A DNA stretch of 64,000 nt, taken from the IMG/VR virus record IMGVR_UViG_3300042541_002760. The stretch is one strand, 5' to 3'. Every line of letters begins with the position of its first letter. The stretch's first letter is position 1. Source of the DNA: a virus. The notes under the pieces are model-generated. The model made no database searches and was not told the origin of the DNA. It worked only from the letters and a program-made list of their open reading frames with translations. Shown in pieces: positions 50,186 through 58,336 of the stretch. The position numbers and the translations under genes are program-made.

Positions 50186-50734
50186 TTAATCCTTTCCTGT
50201 TGAGCCAAAACCACCAATGCGATCTGTCTTCCTATTAACTTCATCGGCTAATTGGACGATATGTGTTGATTTTTTTTCCACAATTTCTCCTTGGCAAATG
50301 CGATCACCATGAGTTATGCGGACATTTGTTTTACTTGTGTTGGTTACGGGAACCATGAGTTGTAGGGTATAGTCTGAGTCGATAACCCCTTCGCAATTAG
50401 AAAGCATAAGACCGCCCTTGAGGGCTAGTCCTGAACGCATATGCAATCGAACAGAGAATCCCTTAGGAATGTCAAGTACAAGTTGGGTTGGAAGTAATGC
50501 ACGATCACCTGGATATAGAAGGATTGAAGCATTTCCAACGCCATCTAGATCCTCAGTAAATGCCATGCTCTTGCATGAAACATTGTATTCCGACCAAGTA
50601 TCAACTTCTCGTTTGCCTGGTGGAAGACAGACCTGAACATCAAAGCATGCAGAATCCTCCGTTGCATATGCAGGGAGGAATGCCTGTGGATGAAGTTTGT
50701 AACAGCCTAGAGTGACAGTGCTGGAGTTACTCAT
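50186..50734 (-). CDS. dut: dUTPase
   Basis: AT..SACFD, RSGLA.K, N.EGVIDSDY, GDRICQ, R.GGFGSTG. Confidence 0.95.
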   Translation of the reverse strand: MSNSSTVTLGCYKLHPQAFLPAYATEDSACFDVQVCLPPGKREVDTWSEYNVSCKSMAFTEDLDGVGNASILLYPGDRALLPTQLVLDIPKGFSVRLHMRSGLALKGGLMLSNCEGVIDSDYTLQLMVPVTNTSKTNVRITHGDRICQGEIVEKKSTHIVQLADEVNRKTDRIGGFGSTGKD

Positions 50735-50760
50735 AATATAAACCTCGATTGTATCCGTCT

Positions 50761-50789
50761 ATCTTACTCTAGATCAGGGTCGCTGTCAA
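50761..50789 (-). promoter_or_regulatory. Sigma70-type promoter for the dut-to-gp43 operon
   Basis: TTGACA-17 nt-TAAGAT. Confidence 0.65.
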
Positions 50790-51198
50790 GGGGCTTCTTT
50801 CGAATCCCTATGCGGTACTTGGGAATCAGTTCCCATTCTTTTTTCTGACCAAATGGAAGTATCTTGAAATGTGAAATGGAACACACAGGATCCTTGGTGA
50901 CCTCGGGATTTACGATCTTTACTAATCCCCATTGCTCCAATAAGTTTGCAATCGTATTACGGCGGCTTTTGTCGGAGTCACTGAAGTCTGCCTCCAATCC
51001 ATCAAGCAGGAACAATTCCTTGAAATGAATGACATAGTACTTGCCTCTCTTGTGGAGAATATGACAAGACTGATATAATTTCTTTTCTGTCTTTGAAGAG
51101 ATTCCAATGCGAGTCAGCGTCTCCTTAACCTTTAAGAAGTTATCGGCAGAGGGGAGGGTGATCTCAACAAGGGTGCTTACGATGGTTTCTATGTCCAC
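50764..51198 (-). CDS. regA: Translational repressor RegA
   Basis: FLKVKETLTRIGI, LYQSCHILHKRGKYY..HFKELF.LDG, RRNTIA.LL..WGL, W.L.PKY.IG. Confidence 0.97.
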   Translation of the reverse strand: MDIETIVSTLVEITLPSADNFLKVKETLTRIGISSKTEKKLYQSCHILHKRGKYYVIHFKELFLLDGLEADFSDSDKSRRNTIANLLEQWGLVKIVNPEVTKDPVCSISHFKILPFGQKKEWELIPKYRIGIRKKPLDSDPDLE

Positions 51199-51230
51199 GA
51201 TTCAATGCTTTCCATAAAACAAGACTGCTG

Positions 51231-51626
51231 TTATTTAGCATTTGAACCGCCCTTGCTTTTCATGATACTTTCCAACTTTTCCTTTGGCAGCAGTCGAAGA
51301 TATTCCATGGCTCGTTTTCGACCAACCATATAGACCAACATGATTGCCTCAATAGCAGTCTCGTCAGATTCTTCAGGCTTGATCCACTTATCAAATCTTT
51401 TTCGCTTGCGTATGGAATGATACAGGTAGTCATACTGCATGCGCTTGTCTGACATTGGCATACAGTTCATTTCATTGGCATACAGGATTGTATCGGGGGA
51501 AAAAGAAAGACCTCGATTGATCATGAATGGAATATAGTCCTTCTCTGCATCAGGACTCATCGCCATCATATTTCCCGACTTCTCGTTGATGCTCTTGATA
51601 TAGTCAAACGGATTCAGTTTGCTCAT
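51231..51626 (-). CDS. gp62: Clamp loader small subunit
   Basis: PFDY..SIN, Y.PFMINR.LS..PDT...ANEMN, QYDY....RKRKRF.KW. Confidence 0.92.
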   Translation of the reverse strand: MSKLNPFDYIKSINEKSGNMMAMSPDAEKDYIPFMINRGLSFSPDTILYANEMNCMPMSDKRMQYDYLYHSIRKRKRFDKWIKPEESDETAIEAIMLVYMVGRKRAMEYLRLLPKEKLESIMKSKGGSNAK

Positions 51627-52372
51627 GATAGATCCAATTCATCGATGTTAATATCGTCAGACTTTATGCTTATGATGAGGCGCATTGGGAGGTAGATCCA
51701 CATTCTTTTTTTCATGTCATATACGGAGTGCAATAGAAACTGATCATATGCATTCGTGCCATGATACCGATCAATCAGAGGTGCTTCAATATATTCCTGC
51801 CCGATTACACAGATTCTGTGGTTGATCTTTGTTTTAATTCTTTTGCCATTCATATCCTCATACTCAATGTCAAGATGACTAGGATATATCTTTTCCAATA
51901 CCAAATCGAGCCATTCAGCAAGCACGGAATCTGTCATCCCTGTGATGTCGAAGTAAGTACCAAGACCACCATTGCCCGTATCTTCGCTGTGCTTTTTTGC
52001 AACTTTCATTGCAAAATAGGAATTTCGTTCGCGAAGAAATGTCTGTCTTGCACTTTCACATTCCTTTATGAAATCGCGATATCCATATTTTTGCTCAAGT
52101 CGCTTATTGATTTTGGAAACCTTGTCCAATTCAGAATCCGAAATAACACTGGACATCATTACAATTTTTTCCAATGGGTTTATGAGTTCACCCAAAGAAG
52201 CAGATCTAAGAGCATTGAATTCATCCCAAAACTTTGGATTGACTTCAGTTGTCATTGAAGTCTTGAATTCTGCAATATAGTTTTCGATGTTATATCTCTT
52301 TCCGATTTCATGAATCGTAATAGAGAGATCATTGAGGCTACTAACTACCATAAGACCGCCTCCTTTCGACAT
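51623..52372 (-). CDS. Hypothetical protein inserted between genes 44 and 62
   Basis: 249-aa ORF; CTAAATA upstream; AGGAGG before the second Met. Confidence 0.65.
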   Translation of the reverse strand: MSKGGGLMVVSSLNDLSITIHEIGKRYNIENYIAEFKTSMTTEVNPKFWDEFNALRSASLGELINPLEKIVMMSSVISDSELDKVSKINKRLEQKYGYRDFIKECESARQTFLRERNSYFAMKVAKKHSEDTGNGGLGTYFDITGMTDSVLAEWLDLVLEKIYPSHLDIEYEDMNGKRIKTKINHRICVIGQEYIEAPLIDRYHGTNAYDQFLLHSVYDMKKRMWIYLPMRLIISIKSDDINIDELDLS

Positions 52373-52378
52373 CTCTAT

Positions 52379-53311
52379 TTAGGTTTTAAATGTACACTCC
52401 GATGCCAACATAATGCAACAGGCGGCAAGATTGATCTCCTGATCGGCGGCAAATGCTGCTTTGTGCTGATAGTCCGAAAGAACGAGAACTGCCTGTGGGA
52501 TTGCCGTTGGCTGCAAGGAATCGAGGAGTGTTTCATATATCTTACGAAATATATGAGCAGTATCCCGATCACTATTGTCAACAACCCACCTACGAATATC
52601 AGGAAAGTTCTTTGCCTTTAATGCTTTGATCAGTGTCTCTGCACCAATATCAGCAGTAACAAGAATTCCTGTATCGATAGAACCTGATACAGAGTATCTC
52701 TGAATCTCATTGAGGACTCTGCGGAAATCGGGGAAATAGCGAATGATGAGTTCTGCAAGAACCCGTTCATCATATTGCACAGACTCCTTGTCGAGGATAT
52801 CTTTTGTCCTCGACAAAAACTGTTTCGCCATCTTTGGTTTTTCTTTTGCAGGAATCTTGAAATCAATAGTCGTACATCTTGAATGAAGTGGCTCAATGAT
52901 GCGATGCTTGAAATTACAAGTCAGTATGAAACGACAATTTGAAGAAAACTCTTCAATGAATCCTCGCAGTGCTGGTTGTGTAGATTGAGGATTGAGATAA
53001 TCTGCTTCATCGAGAATAACAACTTTAGCACTACCACTCAATGAAACTGCTGATGCAAATTGACGAATTCTAGTACGAAGTGTATCAATACCTCCATCTT
53101 CAGATGCATTGATAAACATCATATCGCGACCCAATTCATCACAGAGGGCACGGGCTACGGTTGTCTTTCCGCATCCCGCACCCCCTGAAAGAATCATGTT
53201 CGGAATATCACCCGACTTTACAATGTCTTGAAATGTATCGGACAGAGACTCAGGAAGTACACAGTCCGACACCTTGCGGGGTCTGTATTTCTCTACGAGA
53301 AGATCATTCAT
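52379..53311 (-). CDS. gp44: Clamp loader large subunit
   Basis: VEKYRP, G.AGCGKTT, ILDEADYL, QPALRGFIEEFS, HSRC, FPDFRR. Confidence 0.96.
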   Translation of the reverse strand: MNDLLVEKYRPRKVSDCVLPESLSDTFQDIVKSGDIPNMILSGGAGCGKTTVARALCDELGRDMMFINASEDGGIDTLRTRIRQFASAVSLSGSAKVVILDEADYLNPQSTQPALRGFIEEFSSNCRFILTCNFKHRIIEPLHSRCTTIDFKIPAKEKPKMAKQFLSRTKDILDKESVQYDERVLAELIIRYFPDFRRVLNEIQRYSVSGSIDTGILVTADIGAETLIKALKAKNFPDIRRWVVDNSDRDTAHIFRKIYETLLDSLQPTAIPQAVLVLSDYQHKAAFAADQEINLAACCIMLASECTFKT

Positions 53312-53313
53312 AA

Positions 53314-54015
53314 TTAAGCCTTGGAAGAAGTGGTACTGTCGGATTCCATTGCAACCCAATATACTACTGAACTAGAAGAACTACTAAACTTAGCAACTCG
53401 CTTTTCGGCAAGTTGAACCTTGTAGTCTCCATGAATCATCTTGAGATTCTCGACCTTAAACCAAAACTTGAAATCAACGCCCTGTGAATTTTCTCCCACT
53501 ACAAGACTCCAACTGTGTGCAGTCGGATCCTTCTTGTCACAGATGCGAACACAGATACCATCATCACATGACTGAACACACATATCAGGTGCTTGAAGTA
53601 CTGATGCTGCCTTAAGAATTGCTCCAAGATCGTTTGCATTCAGATTGAAAGATACAAACTCCTTTGGCATATTGATCTTCTTGTCTGCCTTTGTCAGTAG
53701 ACTTGGATCGCTGTAATAGTACTTGACCGATGCCTTCGAACCCGCAGAACTAATAGTCACATAGTTAGTATCAAACTCGAAGGTCGGATCCTTGAAGAGA
53801 CTGATCGTTGACAAAAACTTTGCCATGTCCCAAATACCAAACTCAACATCAAACTCTTCTGCAATGGTTGCCTCTGCAAGAATTGTCATTGATGGAGATA
53901 CAGTAGAAAGCGCATTGCCTTGCTTCACATGAAGATTGCTATTGATTGATGCAAAATTCTTGAGGATGTTGATTGTATCTGCGGAAAGACTGATGGTATT
54001 CACGGTTGTACTCAT
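53314..54015 (-). CDS. gp45: Sliding clamp
   Basis: LS..TI.ILKNFASIN, FGIWD...FL, F...NLK...GDY.V, Y.VAME. Confidence 0.93.
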   Translation of the reverse strand: MSTTVNTISLSADTINILKNFASINSNLHVKQGNALSTVSPSMTILAEATIAEEFDVEFGIWDMAKFLSTISLFKDPTFEFDTNYVTISSAGSKASVKYYYSDPSLLTKADKKINMPKEFVSFNLNANDLGAILKAASVLQAPDMCVQSCDDGICVRICDKKDPTAHSWSLVVGENSQGVDFKFWFKVENLKMIHGDYKVQLAEKRVAKFSSSSSSVVYWVAMESDSTTSSKA

Positions 54016-54051
54016 ATTGTATAAGCCTCCTTGGCTTTGGTTGTTTGGTTA

Positions 54052-54079
54052 ATCATACAGTGCAGATGCTGAATGTCAA
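54052..54079 (-). promoter_or_regulatory. Sigma70-type promoter for gene 45
   Basis: TTGACA-16 nt-TATGAT. Confidence 0.65.
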
Positions 54080-54792
54080 GTGGGGAAAAGAGATAACTGT
54101 CCAATTTTCTCTAGATCATCTAGTATTGTTTTGATCTTGACGATATATAAAAGTTTTGCATATGGATTCATTCGAACAACGATGCCAATACAATTTCCTG
54201 TCTTGGTATCAAAGATTCCACCACCACTTGATCCATGTGTGCCCGCACATGTGACCGCAAAATGTTTATCTTTATTCCAACTTACTGTGCGGTTTGGGTT
54301 TGCAACTATGCCTTCCGATATCGTGTTCTCCTCTCCGAGAGGAGAACCGACTGCATAGACTTCGTCTCCGACCTGTGGGGATGAGTGCACGAAGGTTGTT
54401 CCACCAAAAATGCATCTCGTATCCCCCACAAGCCGAAGTATTGCCCAATCTGAATCGGTCTCATATGCGACCACATCTGCTGTCCATGTTTGTGTCTGTG
54501 TTTCATCATCTATATCAATTTGTTCAACAATATACAATCCTTTTCCTTCACCTATAACATGCGCGGCGGTCAGTACAAAAACATTCCCATCCTTCTCATA
54601 CAAGACACCCGATCCGATTGATTGTGATCCATCAACAAAAGCAGTGATCTCGACAGAGCGTTTAACGACTGACTCTGCGATGGTTTTTATATTTGCCTGT
54701 GTCGAGGGGATATCCTCTCGATGAACAGCACCTAGTATGATTGCTGCGGCAAGTGCGAAACTAAAAATCTTGTTTCCCATGGTCACCTCCAT
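54076..54792 (-). CDS. Trypsin-like serine protease with signal/anchor
   Basis: GSG, LTAAHV, D.AIL, G.P.G, GSSGGG triad motifs; hydrophobic N-terminus. Confidence 0.88.
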   Translation of the reverse strand: MEVTMGNKIFSFALAAAIILGAVHREDIPSTQANIKTIAESVVKRSVEITAFVDGSQSIGSGVLYEKDGNVFVLTAAHVIGEGKGLYIVEQIDIDDETQTQTWTADVVAYETDSDWAILRLVGDTRCIFGGTTFVHSSPQVGDEVYAVGSPLGEENTISEGIVANPNRTVSWNKDKHFAVTCAGTHGSSGGGIFDTKTGNCIGIVVRMNPYAKLLYIVKIKTILDDLEKIGQLSLFPT

Positions 54793-54844
54793 GAGGGGTA
54801 TTGCCCAAAGATTATTTATCGTTTGCTACATTTTGATAAGTAAG

Positions 54845-54919
54845 TGACCCCAAGGGGATTTGAACCCCTGTTACCTCCGTGAAAGGGAGGTGTCCTAGAC
54901 CAGGCTAGACGATGGGGCC
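54845..54919 (-). tRNA. tRNA-Glu(UUC)
   Basis: GGCCCCA/TGGGGTC acceptor, CCTCC-CT TTC AC-GGAGG, AGGGG-TTCAAAT-CCCCT. Confidence 0.95.
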
Positions 54920-54920
54920 A

Positions 54921-54950
54921 AAAGAAATGGGGGGAGAAAACTCCCCCCAA
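54921..54950 (-). terminator. Intrinsic terminator-like hairpin
   Basis: Minus strand TGGGGGGAG-TTTT-CTCCCCCCA followed by TTTCTTT. Confidence 0.6.
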
Positions 54951-54975
54951 AGTAGTTGCATCATGTGGGTGGCGG

Positions 54976-55281
54976 TTACCGACTCTTCTTGGTTTCTAGT
55001 TCGGACATTCGATCTTCCATGTCTCCGATGTGTCTCCAAATTTCCTGCTGCCGTTCGCGTTCGTTGTATTCAACAATGGCGTTTGTCATGCGTTCTTTGG
55101 CAGAGACAACAGCATTTCCTGCGAGGTTAACAATTGCTCCCACACCAAACAGATAGAGTGCCATAGGCATCTTACCATCAAACACACACCATACTGCACT
55201 TGCAGTTGCGGCAAGCCCAACGACAATCAGAATGTTGCCAAGATCAATGTTCTCAAGCAGTCCTTTTTCTTTTCTAATCAT
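54976..55281 (-). CDS. Small two-TM membrane protein (start MIRKEKG)
   Basis: Two hydrophobic helices plus coiled-coil tail; AAGGA SD; TTGACT-16 nt-TAGACT upstream. Confidence 0.6.
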   Translation of the reverse strand: MIRKEKGLLENIDLGNILIVVGLAATASAVWCVFDGKMPMALYLFGVGAIVNLAGNAVVSAKERMTNAIVEYNERERQQEIWRHIGDMEDRMSELETKKSR

Positions 55282-55376
55282 ATCAAAGTTCCTTTCATGG
55301 AATGGAGTATACGGCACCAGAACGGTGCTTAACGGAATTAGTCTACCCGAACTCCTACTTAAGTCAATCAAATTTT

Positions 55377-55781
55377 TCATATTATTGTCAACGAGCAATA
55401 CACTCTATTGGGAGTTCCCTTGTAGTATCCAAATATGAGGAGATGACGGCGACCCGATTTTCCACCACGAATGATTGTGCCGTATTTAATAATACGATTT
55501 CCATTCGTTCGTTGCCATCCATTACTTGTGGCGAATGAAGTAATTCCACTCTTCATAGAAGTATCAACAGACCCCTTGAAGAGATATCCCTTAATTGACC
55601 CACCCCATACATTGGACTCTTTCATCTTGCCAACCAATGTAATAATATCAGAATACCCTCTGCTATCAGACTTTCCGTCCTTGCCTAACTTAGCAGCAAG
55701 GAGAGCCTTTACATCACTAGCAGGAGCGCATGTTCGAGTGCGACATGCAACTACACGGGCATTGTTGCGAGGTGTAGCCAT
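55377..55781 (-). CDS. Hypothetical basic protein, 134 aa
   Basis: Coupled ORF (TAATG). Confidence 0.55.
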   Translation of the reverse strand: MATPRNNARVVACRTRTCAPASDVKALLAAKLGKDGKSDSRGYSDIITLVGKMKESNVWGGSIKGYLFKGSVDTSMKSGITSFATSNGWQRTNGNRIIKYGTIIRGGKSGRRHLLIFGYYKGTPNRVYCSLTII

Positions 55782-56188
55782 TAGTTAATCTTGCTTGCCT
55801 TCGCCTTTTTTGCCTTACTAATCTTGGTTTTTGTTGCGGGCATTTCCATAAGTTGTTCTGCTTCTGCAAATCCCTTTATGTAATATGCGCTCAGTTTTCC
55901 CGAGCGATTTTTACCATCTACATCGGTGAGAATTTTAAGCATATTGGATGCAGACATTACATGATCTGCCAATCGCTGCAATTCGGTTTTCATGAACTTG
56001 AAGCGATGTGAATATGGAAGAGTTCCTGCACCCCGAAATACTATAATCGGCTCATCGGGATCCGTAATATCGATACTGTTCAAAGAAACCATTCCCGAAA
56101 TTGCAGGGATGATTGTTATATCTTTGGGCTGCTCTGTTAGCATCTTTTTGATATCATTAACAAGTGGATTGTTGAATGTGTCTTTCAT
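55781..56188 (-). CDS. Hypothetical late protein, 135 aa
   Basis: TATAAATA 8 nt before ATG; N-terminus ...IKKMLTE. Confidence 0.6.
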   Translation of the reverse strand: MKDTFNNPLVNDIKKMLTEQPKDITIIPAISGMVSLNSIDITDPDEPIIVFRGAGTLPYSHRFKFMKTELQRLADHVMSASNMLKILTDVDGKNRSGKLSAYYIKGFAEAEQLMEMPATKTKISKAKKAKASKIN

Positions 56189-56199
56189 AGTAATCGTAT

Positions 56200-56796
56200 T
56201 TATACTTCGTCATCTAACAGAACAATATCGTATTCCATCGTAATGGCACAATCCTCACAGAGAGTCTTATACCACCCCCCTGCGCCCTTCCCACTTCGAC
56301 AGAGCGTTCCTAGCGAACCACAGACCTCACAGACAGTTCCTGAGAGTTGCTCTGTCATATCAACCAATCCCCGAATTCGATCATTCCCGCCCTCATAGTA
56401 AAATCGCAGGGTTCCAAACTTTTCCTTCATTTGCAATACCCGAAAAGAATTTGAACCCCCTTCTAAAAGGGATGGATCTCGCGCAATCTCATTATCAATC
56501 ATTCGAGCAAGATTGGCAACTAGAGTGTCCCATCCGTATCCAAACTCCCAGTGAACAGTCCCGACAGATCGCTCAGGATTGTCGGTCTTGGTGCCGCTTC
56601 CGAACACTCGGGGGTAGGACGCTTCAATTTCTTCTCTTCGCTTTTCTTGGGCGGCGGCGATTTCTCTGCATAGTTTTTTGACAGAGGCATCGACTCCTCC
56701 GTCTGTAGAGCCGTCTCGAAGTCCTGCTCCTCCCTGAAGCGAACTGTTTGATAGATTGTTTTCGATCCCGTCTTCTTGTGTAATTCGTTCAGCCAT
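56200..56796 (-). CDS. Conserved phage Zn-ribbon protein (true start uncertain)
   Basis: G.GW..LV, Q.KEKFGTLRFYY, CEVCG, GW.KTLC..C. Confidence 0.75.
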   Translation of the reverse strand: MAERITQEDGIENNLSNSSLQGGAGLRDGSTDGGVDASVKKLCREIAAAQEKRREEIEASYPRVFGSGTKTDNPERSVGTVHWEFGYGWDTLVANLARMIDNEIARDPSLLEGGSNSFRVLQMKEKFGTLRFYYEGGNDRIRGLVDMTEQLSGTVCEVCGSLGTLCRSGKGAGGWYKTLCEDCAITMEYDIVLLDDEV

Positions 56797-56921
56797 TTTG
56801 CATCCTTTTCTGCATTGTTTTCAGTATCATACACGGCAACAACTCTGCCATGATCATTTAGATATCCACAGTCCTCAGAACCGTGAAGAAGTTTTATTGC
56901 CCAGAGTTTTGGTTTCGCCAC
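56520..56921 (-). CDS. Hypothetical protein overlapping the next gene
   Basis: MAKPKLWAIKL...VVAVYDTE..AE..A..LN looks protein-like; overlaps 56200-56796 by 277 nt in another frame. Confidence 0.5.
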   Translation of the reverse strand: MAKPKLWAIKLLHGSEDCGYLNDHGRVVAVYDTENNAEKDAKWLNELHKKTGSKTIYQTVRFREEQDFETALQTEESMPLSKNYAEKSPPPKKSEEKKLKRPTPECSEAAPRPTILSDLSGLFTGSLDTDGTL

Positions 56922-57226
56922 TTCTTAGTCTCCTTAAGCCCACGCTTACTATAGTTTACAGAAACAAGAACACTTGCAGTTGGGCGTTCACTCTCATTGA
57001 TAGGAGTTGGGGTTGGGAATGGTTCGACAGAAACAATTTCTCCAATATCGAAAAACTGTTCACCTACCATATAGAACGGGCCGCCTTCGAAGTCGAACAT
57101 ATCTTCTCCTCCACGAGAAAATAAAGACTCACCCGTTATCTTGAAAACTCCCCTATCGGGATCGATCAAAACTACCGAACGAGGAACTCCGTATCTACTA
57201 TTGATTTTGAATGAATATTCTTCCAT
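56894..57226 (-). CDS. Hypothetical protein (start MEEYSF, leaderless)
   Basis: SRYG..R, DFEGGP motif; ATG 7 nt after TATACT. Confidence 0.6.
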   Translation of the reverse strand: MEEYSFKINSRYGVPRSVVLIDPDRGVFKITGESLFSRGGEDMFDFEGGPFYMVGEQFFDIGEIVSVEPFPTPTPINESERPTASVLVSVNYSKRGLKETKKWRNQNSGQ

Positions 57227-57233
57227 TTGATAC

Positions 57234-57262
57234 AGTATACTCCATGTTAGAGATTGTGTCAA
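57234..57262 (-). promoter_or_regulatory. Sigma70-type promoter
   Basis: TTGACA-17 nt-TATACT. Confidence 0.8.
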
Positions 57263-57465
57263 GTCAATTTTGTGATGTCAAATGTGCCGTTATGCTGCAT
57301 CAAAATTTGAGTTGATGTGTAGTGTCGAATAATACCACCTTCACATAGAACAACACACCACAAGTCATTGTCAAAAGTTCCACCACTAGTGACATAAAGT
57401 GCATATCCTTTTTTCTTGTCCGCTATTACAAGAACGGGAATTGGGTTTCTAAACTCTAGCATCAT
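57259..57465 (-). CDS. Small conserved phage protein
   Basis: MMLEFRNPIPV....GYA.YV..GG..DND.W.VVL..GG...H.....I....N.TF.I. Confidence 0.65.
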   Translation of the reverse strand: MMLEFRNPIPVLVIADKKKGYALYVTSGGTFDNDLWCVVLCEGGIIRHYTSTQILMQHNGTFDITKLT

Positions 57466-57467
57466 AA

Positions 57468-57539
57468 AGCCATCTATCGGATTTGAACCGATGACCTGTT
57501 CATTACAAGTGAACTGCACTACCTCTGTGCTAAGATGGC
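57468..57539 (-). tRNA. tRNA-Thr(UGU)
   Basis: GCCATCT/AGATGGC, GTTCA-CT TGT AA-TGAAC, ATCGG-TTCAAAT-CCGAT. Confidence 0.95.
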
Positions 57540-57544
57540 GGGAA

Positions 57545-57626
57545 TGGGAGAAGAGGGATTCGAACCCCCGAAGGCAATGCCATTTGATTTACAGTCAAAC
57601 CTCGTTGACCGCTTGAGTATTCTCCC
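57545..57626 (-). tRNA. tRNA-Tyr(GUA)
   Basis: GGGAGAA/TTCTCCC, TTTGA-CT GTA AA-TCAAA, long variable arm. Confidence 0.95.
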
Positions 57627-57630
57627 AAAA

Positions 57631-57702
57631 CTGGTTCGGAAGGACTCGAACCTTCAGCCGTCCCGTTAACAGCGGGATGCACTGCCATTGTGCTACGAAC
57701 CA
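57631..57702 (-). tRNA. tRNA-Asn(GUU)
   Basis: TGGTTCG/CGAACCA, TCCCG-CT GTT AA-CGGGA, G73. Confidence 0.95.
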
Positions 57703-57851
57703 AAATGTGATGCAGATTTCTAATTACCATAATACGACCACATCAAAACGCTACGAACGGCAAGTCTCTCATGACCCCGTGCCGATTCGGGGGATTTGCT
57801 TTACTCCACAAAAACCGTTCTTCGGAATTATAGTGCAGAGACAAGAGACAA

Positions 57852-57923
57852 AGCGAACGATGGGATTCGAACCCACGACCATCGGTTTGGAAAACCGAGA
57901 CTCTACCACTGAGTTACATTCGC
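57852..57923 (-). tRNA. tRNA-Gly(UCC)
   Basis: GCGAATG/CGTTCGC, TCGGT-TT TCC AA-ACCGA, U73. Confidence 0.95.
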
Positions 57924-57931
57924 ATACCTAA

Positions 57932-58284
57932 TGGAGTCGGGGGGAATCGAACCCCCGTGATGTCATGCTTACTGTGCTGCCTACTACGCTAATATCCATC
58001 ACTTTATTCAGACCCGCCGCTGATGGCGACTTAGCGGATCAGATTTGGAGCCTTTATTCTCGGTCTTTATTGGCACTCCCATTCCTAAAGACCCATCCTT
58101 TGTTTTACCCAATCATCCTAAAGGAGTCGGATGATCGAGTGCGTCAGGCTGCGAGAGCCAAACGGCGTGACTGCTTCTTATTAAATCTGGCAGTTGTTAT
58201 TTCCATACGAGTTTAAGAGCCTAGCATGGTTCCTCTTAGCGCATCACACATCAGTCTTCATGCATTCGATACCTGTTCGACCCC
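57932..58284 (-). ncRNA. ssrA: tmRNA, tag (A)ARFNKKQSRRLALAA*
   Basis: GGGGTCG/CGACTCC-A acceptor with G3-U70; T arm GGGGG-TTCGATT-CCCCC; 353 nt; resume codon GCC after ATAACAACT; tag ORF 58144-58191. Confidence 0.93.
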
Positions 58285-58306
58285 GAAGTAATTTACTACA
58301 TTGATG

Positions 58307-58334
58307 ATTGTATCATGTTCTCCCGATTTGTCAA
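58307..58334 (-). promoter_or_regulatory. Sigma70-type promoter for the tmRNA/tRNA cluster
   Basis: TTGACA-16 nt-TACAAT with TG extension. Confidence 0.75.
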
Positions 58335-58336
58335 GA

